This document shows positions 1 to 7,391 of a DNA stretch of 24,000 nucleotides, piece by piece. A program made the position numbers and the translations under genes. The notes under the pieces were generated by a model. It was not told the DNA's origin. It did no database searches and was given only the letters and a program-made list of their open reading frames with translations. Every line of letters begins with the position of its first letter. Within the stretch, counting starts at the first letter, position 1. Source of the DNA: Ruania zhangjianzhongii (GTDB lineage Bacteria; Actinomycetota; Actinomycetes; Actinomycetales; Beutenbergiaceae); assembly GCF_008000995.1 (NCBI RefSeq), contig NZ_CP042828.1:2260882-2284881 (forward strand). Direction: 5' to 3'.

Positions 1-1
1 G

Positions 2-157
2 GTCACCGACGAGATCTGGGCCGCTGCCGCGGCGCACTTCGACGAGTCCGAGCTCGGTGGCCTGGTGCTGGCGATCGCCACCATCAACGTCTGGAACCGG
101 ATCGCCATCGCCACCGAGATGTCCCCGCCCATCGACGATAAGCACCCGCTGGTGTGA
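2..157 (+). CDS. C-terminal fragment of a carboxymuconolactone decarboxylase (CMD/AhpD-like) family protein; 5' end lies outside the window
   Basis: The frame is open from the window edge to TGA 155-157. It translates to VTDEIWAAAAAHFDESELGGLVLAIATINVWNRIAIATEMSPPIDDKHPLV, which resembles the C-terminal helices of CMD/AhpD-family proteins (INxWNR-type motif). GC3 is high. It is absent from the ORF track because there is no in-window start. Confidence 0.65.
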   Translation, partial: VTDEIWAAAAAHFDESELGGLVLAIATINVWNRIAIATEMSPPIDDKHPLV

Positions 158-181
158 CCGGGCCCGGGTGGCGCCGCTACG

Positions 182-1084
182 GTGAGGAGCATGACCGCCC
201 CCAGCGTCGCGGCCCTCGCCTGGCAGTCCGAGCAGCCCCGGCTGCTCGGTATCGCCTACCGGATGCTGGGCGACTACGGCCACGCGGAAGACGTCGTCTC
301 CGAGGTCGGGCTGGAGGCGGTGCGCGCCGAGCGGGAGGGGGCCGTGCGCTCCTGGCCGGCGTGGCTGACCACCGTCTGTGTGCGCCGCGCCATCGATCGG
401 CTGCGCTCCTTGGCACGAGCCCGGGAGGAGTACCCGGGGCCCTGGCTCCCGGAGCCGGTTGCCACCGACCTGCTCCCGGAGGAGGTGGTCGCCCAGCGGG
501 AACTGCTCTCCATCGGCCTGCTGCACTTGGCCGAACAGCTCAGCCCGGAGTCGCGCGCGGCGCTGGTCCTGCACCGGGCGTTCGCCATGACCGCAGTGGA
601 GATCGCCGAGATCCTGGACAAGACCCCGGCAGCGGTGCGCCAGCTCGTCTCTCGCGCCGAGCGCAGGTTGCAGGTGCACCCGGAGGCACCTGCCCCACGG
701 GCCGCGGACCCGGCGATGCTCGCCGAGCTGGTCACTGCCCTCGAACGCGGCGAGATCGGTACGCTGCTGCGGCTGCTCGAGGACGACGCCATCCTCTGGA
801 CCGACGGCGGAGGCGTGGTGCGCGCCGCCCTCAACCCGATCTACGGTGCGGAGCGGATCGTGCGGTTCTACGCCGGCGTCTACGCCAGCGCCCAGGACCA
901 GAACCCCGAGGCACCGATGCGAGCCACGGTGGTGCCCATCAACGGCGAGCTCGGCCTGGACGTACGCCAGGCGGGCCGGCAGGATCTGGTCACCTTCGAC
1001 GTCGGCCCGACCGATCGCCTGCGCGCGCTGCACCAGATCGCCAACCCGGACAAGCTCACCCGCACCGGGACTGAGCCGGTATGA
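182..1084 (+). CDS. sigJ: ECF sigma factor, ECF41/SigJ-like, with a fused SnoaL-like C-terminal domain (copy 1)
   Basis: 300-aa ORF. The sigma2 region reads LLGIAYRMLGDYGHAEDVVSE. The linker motif is EEYPGPWLPEP. The sigma4 HTH reads LSPESRAALVLHRAFAMTAVEIAEILDKTPAAVRQLVSRAERRL. The C-terminal extension carries DGGGV and NPDKL motifs. The start is ambiguous (GTG 182 or ATG 191). Confidence 0.85.
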   Translation: MRSMTAPSVAALAWQSEQPRLLGIAYRMLGDYGHAEDVVSEVGLEAVRAEREGAVRSWPAWLTTVCVRRAIDRLRSLARAREEYPGPWLPEPVATDLLPEEVVAQRELLSIGLLHLAEQLSPESRAALVLHRAFAMTAVEIAEILDKTPAAVRQLVSRAERRLQVHPEAPAPRAADPAMLAELVTALERGEIGTLLRLLEDDAILWTDGGGVVRAALNPIYGAERIVRFYAGVYASAQDQNPEAPMRATVVPINGELGLDVRQAGRQDLVTFDVGPTDRLRALHQIANPDKLTRTGTEPV

Positions 1085-1680
1085 CCGGCCAGGCGCCGCC
1101 GTCGACCGCTGTGTTCGGCTACGGTTCGCTGCTCGAGCCGCGTTCACTGCACCGCACCCTGCCCGAGATCGACCTGCAGGAGTGCATCCCCGCCACTGCC
1201 GGTGGTCTGGTCCGATGCTTCGACGTGGCGTTCCCGAACGACGGCAGCCAGGCCGACAAGGCCTACTATGCCGCCGACGGGCACCGGCCACCGCGGATCC
1301 TGCTCTGCAACCTGCGCCCGGACACGGGCCGGAGAGCCAACGGCGTCTGCATCCCGGTCGGTCCGCGTGAGCTGGCCGCCCTGCGTGATCGGGAACGGCG
1401 CTACACGCCCACCGACATCACCGAGCTCGTGGTTGCCTACGCGGGCCACCGGGCGCCGGCCGGCCGCGTGCTGGCCTTCCTCGGCCGAACGGAGTTCACC
1501 AGAGCCGAGGACGCCGCCCGAGGCGTGCTGTCGGCGGCCTACCGGGACACGATCCTGGCCGGTGCGGCGTACTGGGACCAGCGGGTGCCCGGCTTTGCCG
1601 CGGACTTCCACGCTGGTACGCACCTGCCCGCGCCGGACCGGGTCCAGCCGGTCCGGCAGGTGGACCTGCGCGCCCCCTAG
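1081..1680 (+). CDS. Gamma-glutamylcyclotransferase-like (AIG2/ChaC/GGCT fold) protein
   Basis: 199-aa ORF. The N-terminus VFGYGSLLEPRSL matches the YGSL-type GGCT/ChaC signature. ATG 1081 overlaps the sigma-factor stop (ATGA), implying translational coupling. GC3 is high. Confidence 0.55.
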   Translation: MTGQAPPSTAVFGYGSLLEPRSLHRTLPEIDLQECIPATAGGLVRCFDVAFPNDGSQADKAYYAADGHRPPRILLCNLRPDTGRRANGVCIPVGPRELAALRDRERRYTPTDITELVVAYAGHRAPAGRVLAFLGRTEFTRAEDAARGVLSAAYRDTILAGAAYWDQRVPGFAADFHAGTHLPAPDRVQPVRQVDLRAP

Positions 1681-1761
1681 CAGCCGTCCCGTCCCGACGG
1701 CGGAGCGCGCCCGCCGTACTCGGGTTCGACTGGGGCCCGTGGGTGAGCTTCTCGGCGCCTG

Positions 1762-1785
1762 CGTCTTCGGCGCGCGCCGAAGACG
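1762..1785. repeat. Perfect 24-bp palindrome CGTCTTCGGCGC|GCGCCGAAGACG; possible terminator hairpin or operator
   Basis: Read directly: the 12-nt arms are exact reverse complements with no loop. It lies in the 178-bp gap between the stop at 1680 and the start at 1859. Confidence 0.5.
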
Positions 1786-1858
1786 TAGCGCTGGAACACT
1801 CGCAGCACGGCTGATCGACCGAGCATCGTGATGCCCGGCACTGGGAACGGAGGTAGTG

Positions 1859-2341
1859 ATGGCACAGTCGGAGCCCACGCAGAGCCAGCAGCTGGACCGC
1901 AAGTGGAGCGAGCTCCTCCAGGAGTTGCGGGTCGCCCAGACCGGTGTGCAGATCCTCACCGGCTTCCTGCTCACCATCCCGTTCTCCGCCCAGTTCCCCG
2001 ACCTGGACCCGAGCACCCGCACGGTCTACCTGTACGTGCTCTGCGGATCGGTGCTGGCCACCGCGTTCCTGGTGGCTCCGGTGGCCTTCCACCGGAGCAA
2101 GTTCTACTCCGGTCAACGCCCCTGGCTGCTGGCGGCGGCGAACCACACCGCGCGCTACGGACTTGCCACCCTGGCGGTGACGATCGGCGGAGTCGTGTGG
2201 CTGGTGTTCTCCGTCGTGGAGAGCACGACCACCGCTTTCATCGCCGCGGGGTGCGTGCTGCTGTTCTTCCTCCTGCTCTGGGGCCTGGTCCCGTTGATCG
2301 GGCGTACCGATCGCCAGGACGCCGGCCGCGACGGTCAGTAG
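1859..2341 (+). CDS. DUF6328-like integral membrane protein
   Basis: The ORF begins (M)MAQSEPTQSQQLDRKWSELLQELRVAQTGVQILTGFLLTIPF and is followed by about 3 more hydrophobic helices. The N-terminal ELLQELRVAQTGVQIL motif is typical of DUF6328. A GGAGG-containing RBS (1845-1853) lies 5 nt before ATG 1859. GTG 1856 is an alternative start. Confidence 0.6.
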   Translation: MAQSEPTQSQQLDRKWSELLQELRVAQTGVQILTGFLLTIPFSAQFPDLDPSTRTVYLYVLCGSVLATAFLVAPVAFHRSKFYSGQRPWLLAAANHTARYGLATLAVTIGGVVWLVFSVVESTTTAFIAAGCVLLFFLLLWGLVPLIGRTDRQDAGRDGQ

Positions 2342-2369
2342 GAGAGGACGAGAACGGCGACCCCTTGTC

Positions 2370-3026
2370 GTGTTCGGCCGGCGGCGCAAGCCTGGCGTAC
2401 CGGCGCCGGATAGGCTCGGGCTCGTGACCTTCGCGGACGCACCCACCCTGCAGCACGCCGCCGTGCGCCTGGAGCGGCTCGACCAGTCCCACCGGGAGGA
2501 CCTGGCCGCTGCCGTACGCCCCGGCGAGCTCTGGCGGACCTGGTACACGGCCATCCCCTCCCCGGAGGGGATGGCTGCGGACATCGACCGTCGGCGCGCC
2601 GAACATGCGGCCGGGCGCGTGGCCCCCTGGGCGGTCATCGATACCAGCACAGGCACCGCCGTCGGCGTGACCACCTACCTGAACCTGGACCAGACGCACC
2701 GCCGCCTCGAGATCGGCAGCACCTGGCTCGCCCGTCGCGCCCAGGGCACCGCGATCAACCCGGCTACCAAGCTCCTGCTTCTCCGGCGTGCCTTTGACGA
2801 GCTGGGCTGCCTCGCCGTGGAGTTCCGCACGCATTGGCACAACCACCAGTCCCGGGCAGCCATCGCCCGGCTCGGGGCGAAACAGGACGGCGTGCTGCGC
2901 AGCCACCGGATCCTGCCCGATGGCAGCGTGCGGGACACCGTCGTCTTCTCCATCCTGCATGCCGAGTGGCCGGCGGTCCGGGCCGGACTCGTGGCACGCC
3001 TGCCACCGGCCGAGGAGTGGCAGTGA
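2370..3026 (+). CDS. GNAT family N-acetyltransferase (RimJ/RimL-like)
   Basis: 218-aa ORF. The motifs VRLERLDQSHREDL, RRLEIGSTWLARRAQGTAINPATKLLLLRRAFDELGCLAVEFRTHWHNHQSRAAIARLGAKQDGVLR match the acetyl-CoA binding core of RimJ-type GNATs. The start is uncertain (GTG 2370 or GTG 2424). Confidence 0.8.
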   Translation: MFGRRRKPGVPAPDRLGLVTFADAPTLQHAAVRLERLDQSHREDLAAAVRPGELWRTWYTAIPSPEGMAADIDRRRAEHAAGRVAPWAVIDTSTGTAVGVTTYLNLDQTHRRLEIGSTWLARRAQGTAINPATKLLLLRRAFDELGCLAVEFRTHWHNHQSRAAIARLGAKQDGVLRSHRILPDGSVRDTVVFSILHAEWPAVRAGLVARLPPAEEWQ

Positions 3027-3655
3027 GGGACAAGGTCGACCTGAAGAAGAGCCTCGACTCCTACCGGGCCCGGCGCGGGCAGTTCCGCGTGCTGGACGTC
3101 CCGGAGCTGCACTACCTGATGATCGACGGGCACGGCGACCCGAACACCGGCGCCTTCACCACCGCTGTCGAAAGCCTGTACCCGCTGGCCTACACGCTGA
3201 AGTTCACCAGCAAGAGCGAGCTGGGTCGGGACTATGTGGTGCCACCGCTGGAAGGGCTGTGGTGGGCCGAGGACATGGACTCCTTCACGGCGGCACGGGA
3301 CAAGAGCGCCTGGGACTGGACGCTGATGCTGCTCGTCCCGCACTGGATCGACGCCGCGATCGTCACCGCCGCGATCGCGAAGGTCGAGAAGAAGGGGGCA
3401 CCGGCCCGGCTCGCGGATGTGCGCTGGCAGGCGCTGGCCGAGGGCCGGTGCGTGCAGACCCTGCACGTCGGCTCCTTCGACGAGGAGGCCGGGGTGCTGG
3501 CGCAGCTGCACCACGAGTTCATCCCCGCCCACGGTCTGCGGCTGCGTGGCACCCACCACGAGATCTACCTCAGTGACGTGCGCAGAACCGCACCGGAGAA
3601 GCTGCGCACGATCCTGCGCCAGCCGGTCGCGGCGGCCCACGACGCCGGCCGATGA
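3023..3655 (+). CDS. GyrI-like small-molecule-binding domain protein
   Basis: VRDKVDLKKSLDSYRARRGQFRVLDVPELHYLMIDGHGDPNT...PLEGLWW...VQTLHVGSFDEE...HHEIYLSD is the typical GyrI-like/SOUL-like pattern. GTG 3023 overlaps the GNAT stop (GTGA). The upstream part of ORF 2834 overlaps the GNAT gene and is not coding. Confidence 0.8.
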   Translation: MRDKVDLKKSLDSYRARRGQFRVLDVPELHYLMIDGHGDPNTGAFTTAVESLYPLAYTLKFTSKSELGRDYVVPPLEGLWWAEDMDSFTAARDKSAWDWTLMLLVPHWIDAAIVTAAIAKVEKKGAPARLADVRWQALAEGRCVQTLHVGSFDEEAGVLAQLHHEFIPAHGLRLRGTHHEIYLSDVRRTAPEKLRTILRQPVAAAHDAGR

Positions 3656-4710
3656 GCGCCGACGATTCCGTGGTGCCGGCTCCGGCCGAGAGCCAGGGTG
3701 GCTGGCTGCGCCGGGTGCTGCTCTGGGTGATCGTGGTGGTGGTGACCATCGCGATCGCGCGCCTGATCGGGCGGATCGAATGGGCCGCCGTGTGGCAGGC
3801 GATGGGCCGGTTGACCTGGTGGCAGCCGTTCGTGCTGCTCGCCATGCTCGCTGTGCGTCAGGTCGCCAATGCGGCACCGTTGGCCTTCTACATCCCCGGA
3901 GTGAGCCTGTACCGGGCCACGGTGAACGACCTGGGTGCCTCCACGATGTCCGCGTTCGCCCCGCCGCCCAGCGATATGGCGCTGCGGGTGGCGATGTTCA
4001 CGTCCTGGAAGGTGGAGCCCACGCGGGCCGTGGCCGGCACGGTGATGAACGCACTGACGTTCTTCATCGTGCGGTTCGCCGCCCCGCTGCTCGGCTTCGC
4101 GGCAGTATTCGCGGGCGGACGCTCGCTCGGACTGCGCTGGCTGGACCTGATCAGCCTCGCGGTCGCGGCCGTGCTGCTCGCCGGGGTGCTGCTGCTGGTG
4201 CGCACCGACTCCTGGGCGGCGTGGTGGGGTCGCACCGCCGGACGGATGGTACGCAGGGTCCGCTCCTCGGTGGACCCGGAGGCGTGGGCCAGAGCGTGCG
4301 TGCAGTTCCGGGGCGCGATCGCCGCCCGGTTCGGCTACGGCTTCCCGCGCTCGCTGGCCGTGCTGGTGCTGATGCTCGCCGCGGACATGATGATCCTGTT
4401 CTGCGCGCTCCGGTTCGTCGGTGTGGGCGGGGACCAGCTCAGCGTGCTGGATGTGGCGATCGCGTTCCTGTTCGCCTACCCGCTGACCGCGTTCGCGATG
4501 TCCGGGCTGGGCCTGGTGGACATGGTGGCGCTGGCTTCGCTGGTGGAGGCCGGCGGCGACGCCGTGCAGGAGCCAGCGCTGGCGGCGCTGATCATCTGGC
4601 GGGTGTTCACCGTGGCCGGGCCGCTGATTTCCGGCCTCGGTGCGGTGTGGCTGTGGCGCCGCTCCACCCGCGCCGACCGGCGGGGGAGCGTAGCCAAGCC
4701 AGGCAACTGA
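3652..4710 (+). CDS. Lysylphosphatidylglycerol-synthase transmembrane-region (flippase-like, UPF0104/YbhN) family membrane protein
   Basis: 352-aa polytopic ORF with about 8 hydrophobic helices. The N-terminal pattern RLIGRIEWAAVWQAMGRLTWWQPFVLLAML is typical of the MprF-TM/UPF0104 family. ATG 3652 overlaps the upstream stop (ATGA). Confidence 0.7.
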   Translation: MSADDSVVPAPAESQGGWLRRVLLWVIVVVVTIAIARLIGRIEWAAVWQAMGRLTWWQPFVLLAMLAVRQVANAAPLAFYIPGVSLYRATVNDLGASTMSAFAPPPSDMALRVAMFTSWKVEPTRAVAGTVMNALTFFIVRFAAPLLGFAAVFAGGRSLGLRWLDLISLAVAAVLLAGVLLLVRTDSWAAWWGRTAGRMVRRVRSSVDPEAWARACVQFRGAIAARFGYGFPRSLAVLVLMLAADMMILFCALRFVGVGGDQLSVLDVAIAFLFAYPLTAFAMSGLGLVDMVALASLVEAGGDAVQEPALAALIIWRVFTVAGPLISGLGAVWLWRRSTRADRRGSVAKPGN

Positions 4711-4863
4711 CCCGGGCCCGGTTCCTCGACCGGCACCCGACCACGCGACTGGACGACATCCATTGCTCCGGGCGGGGTGGGTTCAGGTGGTGAGTGCACG
4801 GACCTCGGCCACTCGCGGCAGTCTCATCGCGCGGGCGCCGGACATCGGTGCCAGGGTCGAAGG

Positions 4864-6108
4864 ATGATCCCGCAGGTGTCGCTTCGCAGACTGCCCGGCC
4901 TGCTCACCGAGGGATACGCGTTCATCTCCCGCACCTGCGACAACGTCGGCACGGACGCTTTCCGGGTGCACGCCTTCGGCCGGCCGGTGACCTTCCTGCG
5001 AGGTGCGGACGCCTCCCGGCTGTTCTATGGCGGCCAGGGCCGCTTCACCCGGGCGGGAGCGGTGCCCACCTTTGTGCAGCACCTGCTGCAGGACGAAGGC
5101 TCGGTACAAGGACTCGACAGCGCAGCTCACCGGCATCGGAAAGCGATGTTTCGCGCTCTGCTCACCTCCTCAGATGCCGGCCGGATCGTGGATCTGTTCG
5201 CCGAGGACTTCGCTCGGGCAGCGAGGTACTGGGCCGAGCAGGACCGGATCGCGCTGCACAGCCAGGCGGAGCTGCTGCTCACCCGGACCGCGCTGCGCTG
5301 GGCCGGTGTGCCGCTCGCGGGCACCAGTGTGCGCCACCGCGCCCGAGAGCTGTCGGCGATGGTGGACTGGATCGGCTTGGTCGGCCCGGGGAACTGGGCG
5401 GCCCGACTGCTCCGCCGCCGCACCGAGGCCTGGGCGGCGGGACTGGTGTCCGCGGTGCGTGCGGGTGAGCTCTCCCCGCCCGGCCGCAGTGCCTTGGCGG
5501 TGATCGCCGGCTTCCGGGATGACCACGGTGACCTGCTGACCGAGGAGGTGGCCGCCGTCGAGCTGATCAACGTGCTCCGCCCGATCGTGGCGGTGAGCCG
5601 TTTCGTCACCTTCGCCGCGGTAGCACTGATGACCCATCCGCACTGGCGAGAGACCTTTGCGCAGGGAACGGAGGCGGATCTGCAGCCATTCGTGCACGAG
5701 GTGCGCCGCTACTATCCGTTCTTCCCTGCGGTGCCGGGCCGGACCACCGAACCGTTCACCTGGCAGGGCGCAGAGTTCGCCGCCGGGGAGCTCGTGGTGC
5801 TCGACCTGTACGGGACCAACCATCACCGGAGCCTGTGGGAGCTGCCCGAAGCGTTCGCCCCGGAGCGGTTTCGAGACTGGGACGGCGACCCGCACACGCT
5901 CATCCCGCAGGGCGGCGGGGACTCTGTCACCGACCACCGGTGCCCCGGCGAGCCGATGACGATCGCGCTGATGAAGGAGGCGGTGCGGCTGCTCACCCGC
6001 TCGGTGACGTACACCGTGCCGGTCCAAGACCTGAGCGTGCCGCTGAACCGCGGGCCGGCTCTGCCGCGGGAGGGCGTGCTGCTGGCGGGCGTGCAGCCGG
6101 TCGGCTAA
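4864..6108 (+). CDS. Cytochrome P450, CYP152 fatty-acid peroxygenase family
   Basis: The N-terminus LLTEGYAFISRTC, then SVQGLDSAAHRHRKAMF, the I-helix Arg-Pro (VLRPIVAV) and the Cys-ligand loop HRCPGEPMT are CYP152 (P450 BSbeta/SPalpha/OleT) hallmarks. ATG 4864 is preceded by GAAGGA. The upstream part of ORF 4777 is probably not translated. Confidence 0.85.
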   Translation: MIPQVSLRRLPGLLTEGYAFISRTCDNVGTDAFRVHAFGRPVTFLRGADASRLFYGGQGRFTRAGAVPTFVQHLLQDEGSVQGLDSAAHRHRKAMFRALLTSSDAGRIVDLFAEDFARAARYWAEQDRIALHSQAELLLTRTALRWAGVPLAGTSVRHRARELSAMVDWIGLVGPGNWAARLLRRRTEAWAAGLVSAVRAGELSPPGRSALAVIAGFRDDHGDLLTEEVAAVELINVLRPIVAVSRFVTFAAVALMTHPHWRETFAQGTEADLQPFVHEVRRYYPFFPAVPGRTTEPFTWQGAEFAAGELVVLDLYGTNHHRSLWELPEAFAPERFRDWDGDPHTLIPQGGGDSVTDHRCPGEPMTIALMKEAVRLLTRSVTYTVPVQDLSVPLNRGPALPREGVLLAGVQPVG

Positions 6109-6246
6109 GGTGGCGCCGCTCCGCCCGGGCCGGCCGACGGGGGAGCGTGGTTCTGTGGCCGCGACTGGACAAGAACTGTTGCCCAGCCACGCTCGGGCCA
6201 ACACACTTTGGCAAGTCGGCGGCATTCGTTATCGGCCGGCCTCGGA

Positions 6247-6282
6247 TGTCACAGGTGAGCCGAGCATCTTGTCTTCGGGGTG
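6247..6282 (+). promoter_or_regulatory. Candidate ECF41-type promoter: TGTCACA-n16-TGTC, within the 13-mer TGTCTTCGGGGTG
   Basis: TGTCACA lies at 6247-6253, followed by a 16-nt spacer and TGTC at 6270-6273. As I recall, the published ECF41 target motif is TGTCACA-n16-CGTC. The 13-mer ends 33 nt before ATG 6316. The same 13-mer recurs at 7413-7425. Confidence 0.4.
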
Positions 6283-6315
6283 ACAGGTACGCAGAGCCGG
6301 AGGAGGGTGGGAGGT

Positions 6316-7278
6316 ATGCGTGGGCAGGGCAACGGTGCTGCACCGGGCGCAGGAACGAAGCGCGCCGAGGAGTTCACCGAGCTGCGTCCGCTGCTGTTCG
6401 CGATCGCCTACCGGATCCTGGGCAGCGTGACCGAGGCCGAGGACGTCGTTCAGGACAGCTGGTTGCGCTACGACGCTGCCGAGGCGCGGCCGGAGTCGCC
6501 GAAGGCCTACCTGTCCACGATCGTCACCTGGCTCGCGGTGAACGTGCTGAAGTCAGCCCGGGTGCGGCGCGAGGAGTATGTGGGGGAATGGTTCCCCGAA
6601 CCGTTGCTCGAGGATCCGTACCAGGATCCGGCGCGGAGCGCGGAGCTGGCGGACTCGGTCTCGATGGCCGCGCTGGTGCTGCTGGAACGGCTCAGCCCGC
6701 TGGAACGGGCCACGTTCGTGCTGCGGGACGTGTTCGGCTTCGAGTACATCGATATCGCTGCGGCGGTGGGGCGGTCCGAGTCGGCCTGCCGGCAGCTGCT
6801 GGTGAGGGCCAGGCGGCACGTGCGCCAGGGCCGGCCGCGGTTCGAGGCGGACCGGGAAGCCCGCGACGAGCTGGCCGCCCGGTTCTTCGAGGCGATCGGC
6901 AACGGTGACCTGGACGGCCTGCGCGACTTGTTGGCGGCCGACGTCCAGCTGGTCACCGACACCGGCGGCAAGGCCCCCGCGCCGCCGAGGCCGATCGTCG
7001 GTGCGAAGCAGAACCTCCGGTTGCTCGGCGCCATCATCCCGGATCTGGACCGCATCGGCCTCACCCTGGAGCCGCAGGAGGTGAACGGCGAGCCGGGAGC
7101 GCTGGCTCGCGACGGGGAGGGCAACATCGTGCAGGTGATGACCCTGGACATCGCCGGCGGCCGGATCCAGACGATCCGGATGGTGAGCAACCCGGAGAAG
7201 CTCGCGCACCTCGGACCGGTAGCCGATCAGTGGGCAGTGGCACGGGAGTACCGCCATGGGCGGGACGCCCGGCGCTGA
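6316..7278 (+). CDS. sigJ: ECF sigma factor, ECF41/SigJ-like, with a SnoaL-like C-terminal domain (copy 2)
   Basis: Sigma2 reads LLFAIAYRILGSVTEAEDVVQDSWLRY. The linker is EEYVGEWFPEP. Sigma4 reads LSPLERATFVLRDVFGFEYIDIAAAVGRSESACRQLLVRARRHV. The C-terminal motifs are DTGGK and NPEKL. A strong RBS (GGAGGAGGGTGGGAGG) precedes ATG 6316. Confidence 0.85.
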   Translation: MRGQGNGAAPGAGTKRAEEFTELRPLLFAIAYRILGSVTEAEDVVQDSWLRYDAAEARPESPKAYLSTIVTWLAVNVLKSARVRREEYVGEWFPEPLLEDPYQDPARSAELADSVSMAALVLLERLSPLERATFVLRDVFGFEYIDIAAAVGRSESACRQLLVRARRHVRQGRPRFEADREARDELAARFFEAIGNGDLDGLRDLLAADVQLVTDTGGKAPAPPRPIVGAKQNLRLLGAIIPDLDRIGLTLEPQEVNGEPGALARDGEGNIVQVMTLDIAGGRIQTIRMVSNPEKLAHLGPVADQWAVAREYRHGRDARR

Positions 7279-7378
7279 TCTGGATGGACTGGTGCTGATC
7301 CGCACTGGCGCTGATCTGGACGGACTGGTGCTGATCCGCACTGGCGCTGACCTGGACAGCCACTGGTGCTGATGCTTG
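7271..7378. repeat. 36-bp tandem repeat, about 3 copies, containing six copies of the 12-mer CTGGYGCTGAYC
   Basis: Units 7271-7306 and 7307-7342 are 35/36 identical. A third, degenerate unit spans 7343-7378 and carries a 2-nt insertion. The 12-mer copies start at about 7269, 7289, 7305, 7325, 7341 and 7363. The repeat starts at the sigma-factor stop codon (TGA 7276-7278). Confidence 0.9.
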
Positions 7379-7391
7379 CTAGCACCGGCGA

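Noticed and set aside
5170-6225. 351-aa minus-strand ORF, plus other antisense or out-of-frame ORFs (1144-2022, 1496-2674, 2675-3877, 3417-4793, 6553-7440, 9553-10842, 12612-13724, 14031-14924, 16375-17379, 17436-19106, 23192-23974 and others)
   Set aside because: All overlap genes with clear family signatures on the other strand or in another frame. All have Arg/Pro/Gly-rich, low-complexity translations characteristic of non-coding frames in high-GC DNA.
7271-7378. Tandem repeats considered as a CRISPR array (also 11400-11466)
   Set aside because: There are only 2-3 directly abutting copies with no unique spacers. The period is 34-36 bp with no intervening sequence, and no cas genes are present.
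7377-7384. The 8-bp palindrome TGCTAGCA occurs twice (7377-7384 and 12285-12292); considered as a shared operator for the RHH protein
   Set aside because: My rough composition estimate gives an expected count of about 0.15 per window, so two copies are mildly unusual. With only two short sites and no other support, this could still be chance. It is noted but not claimed.
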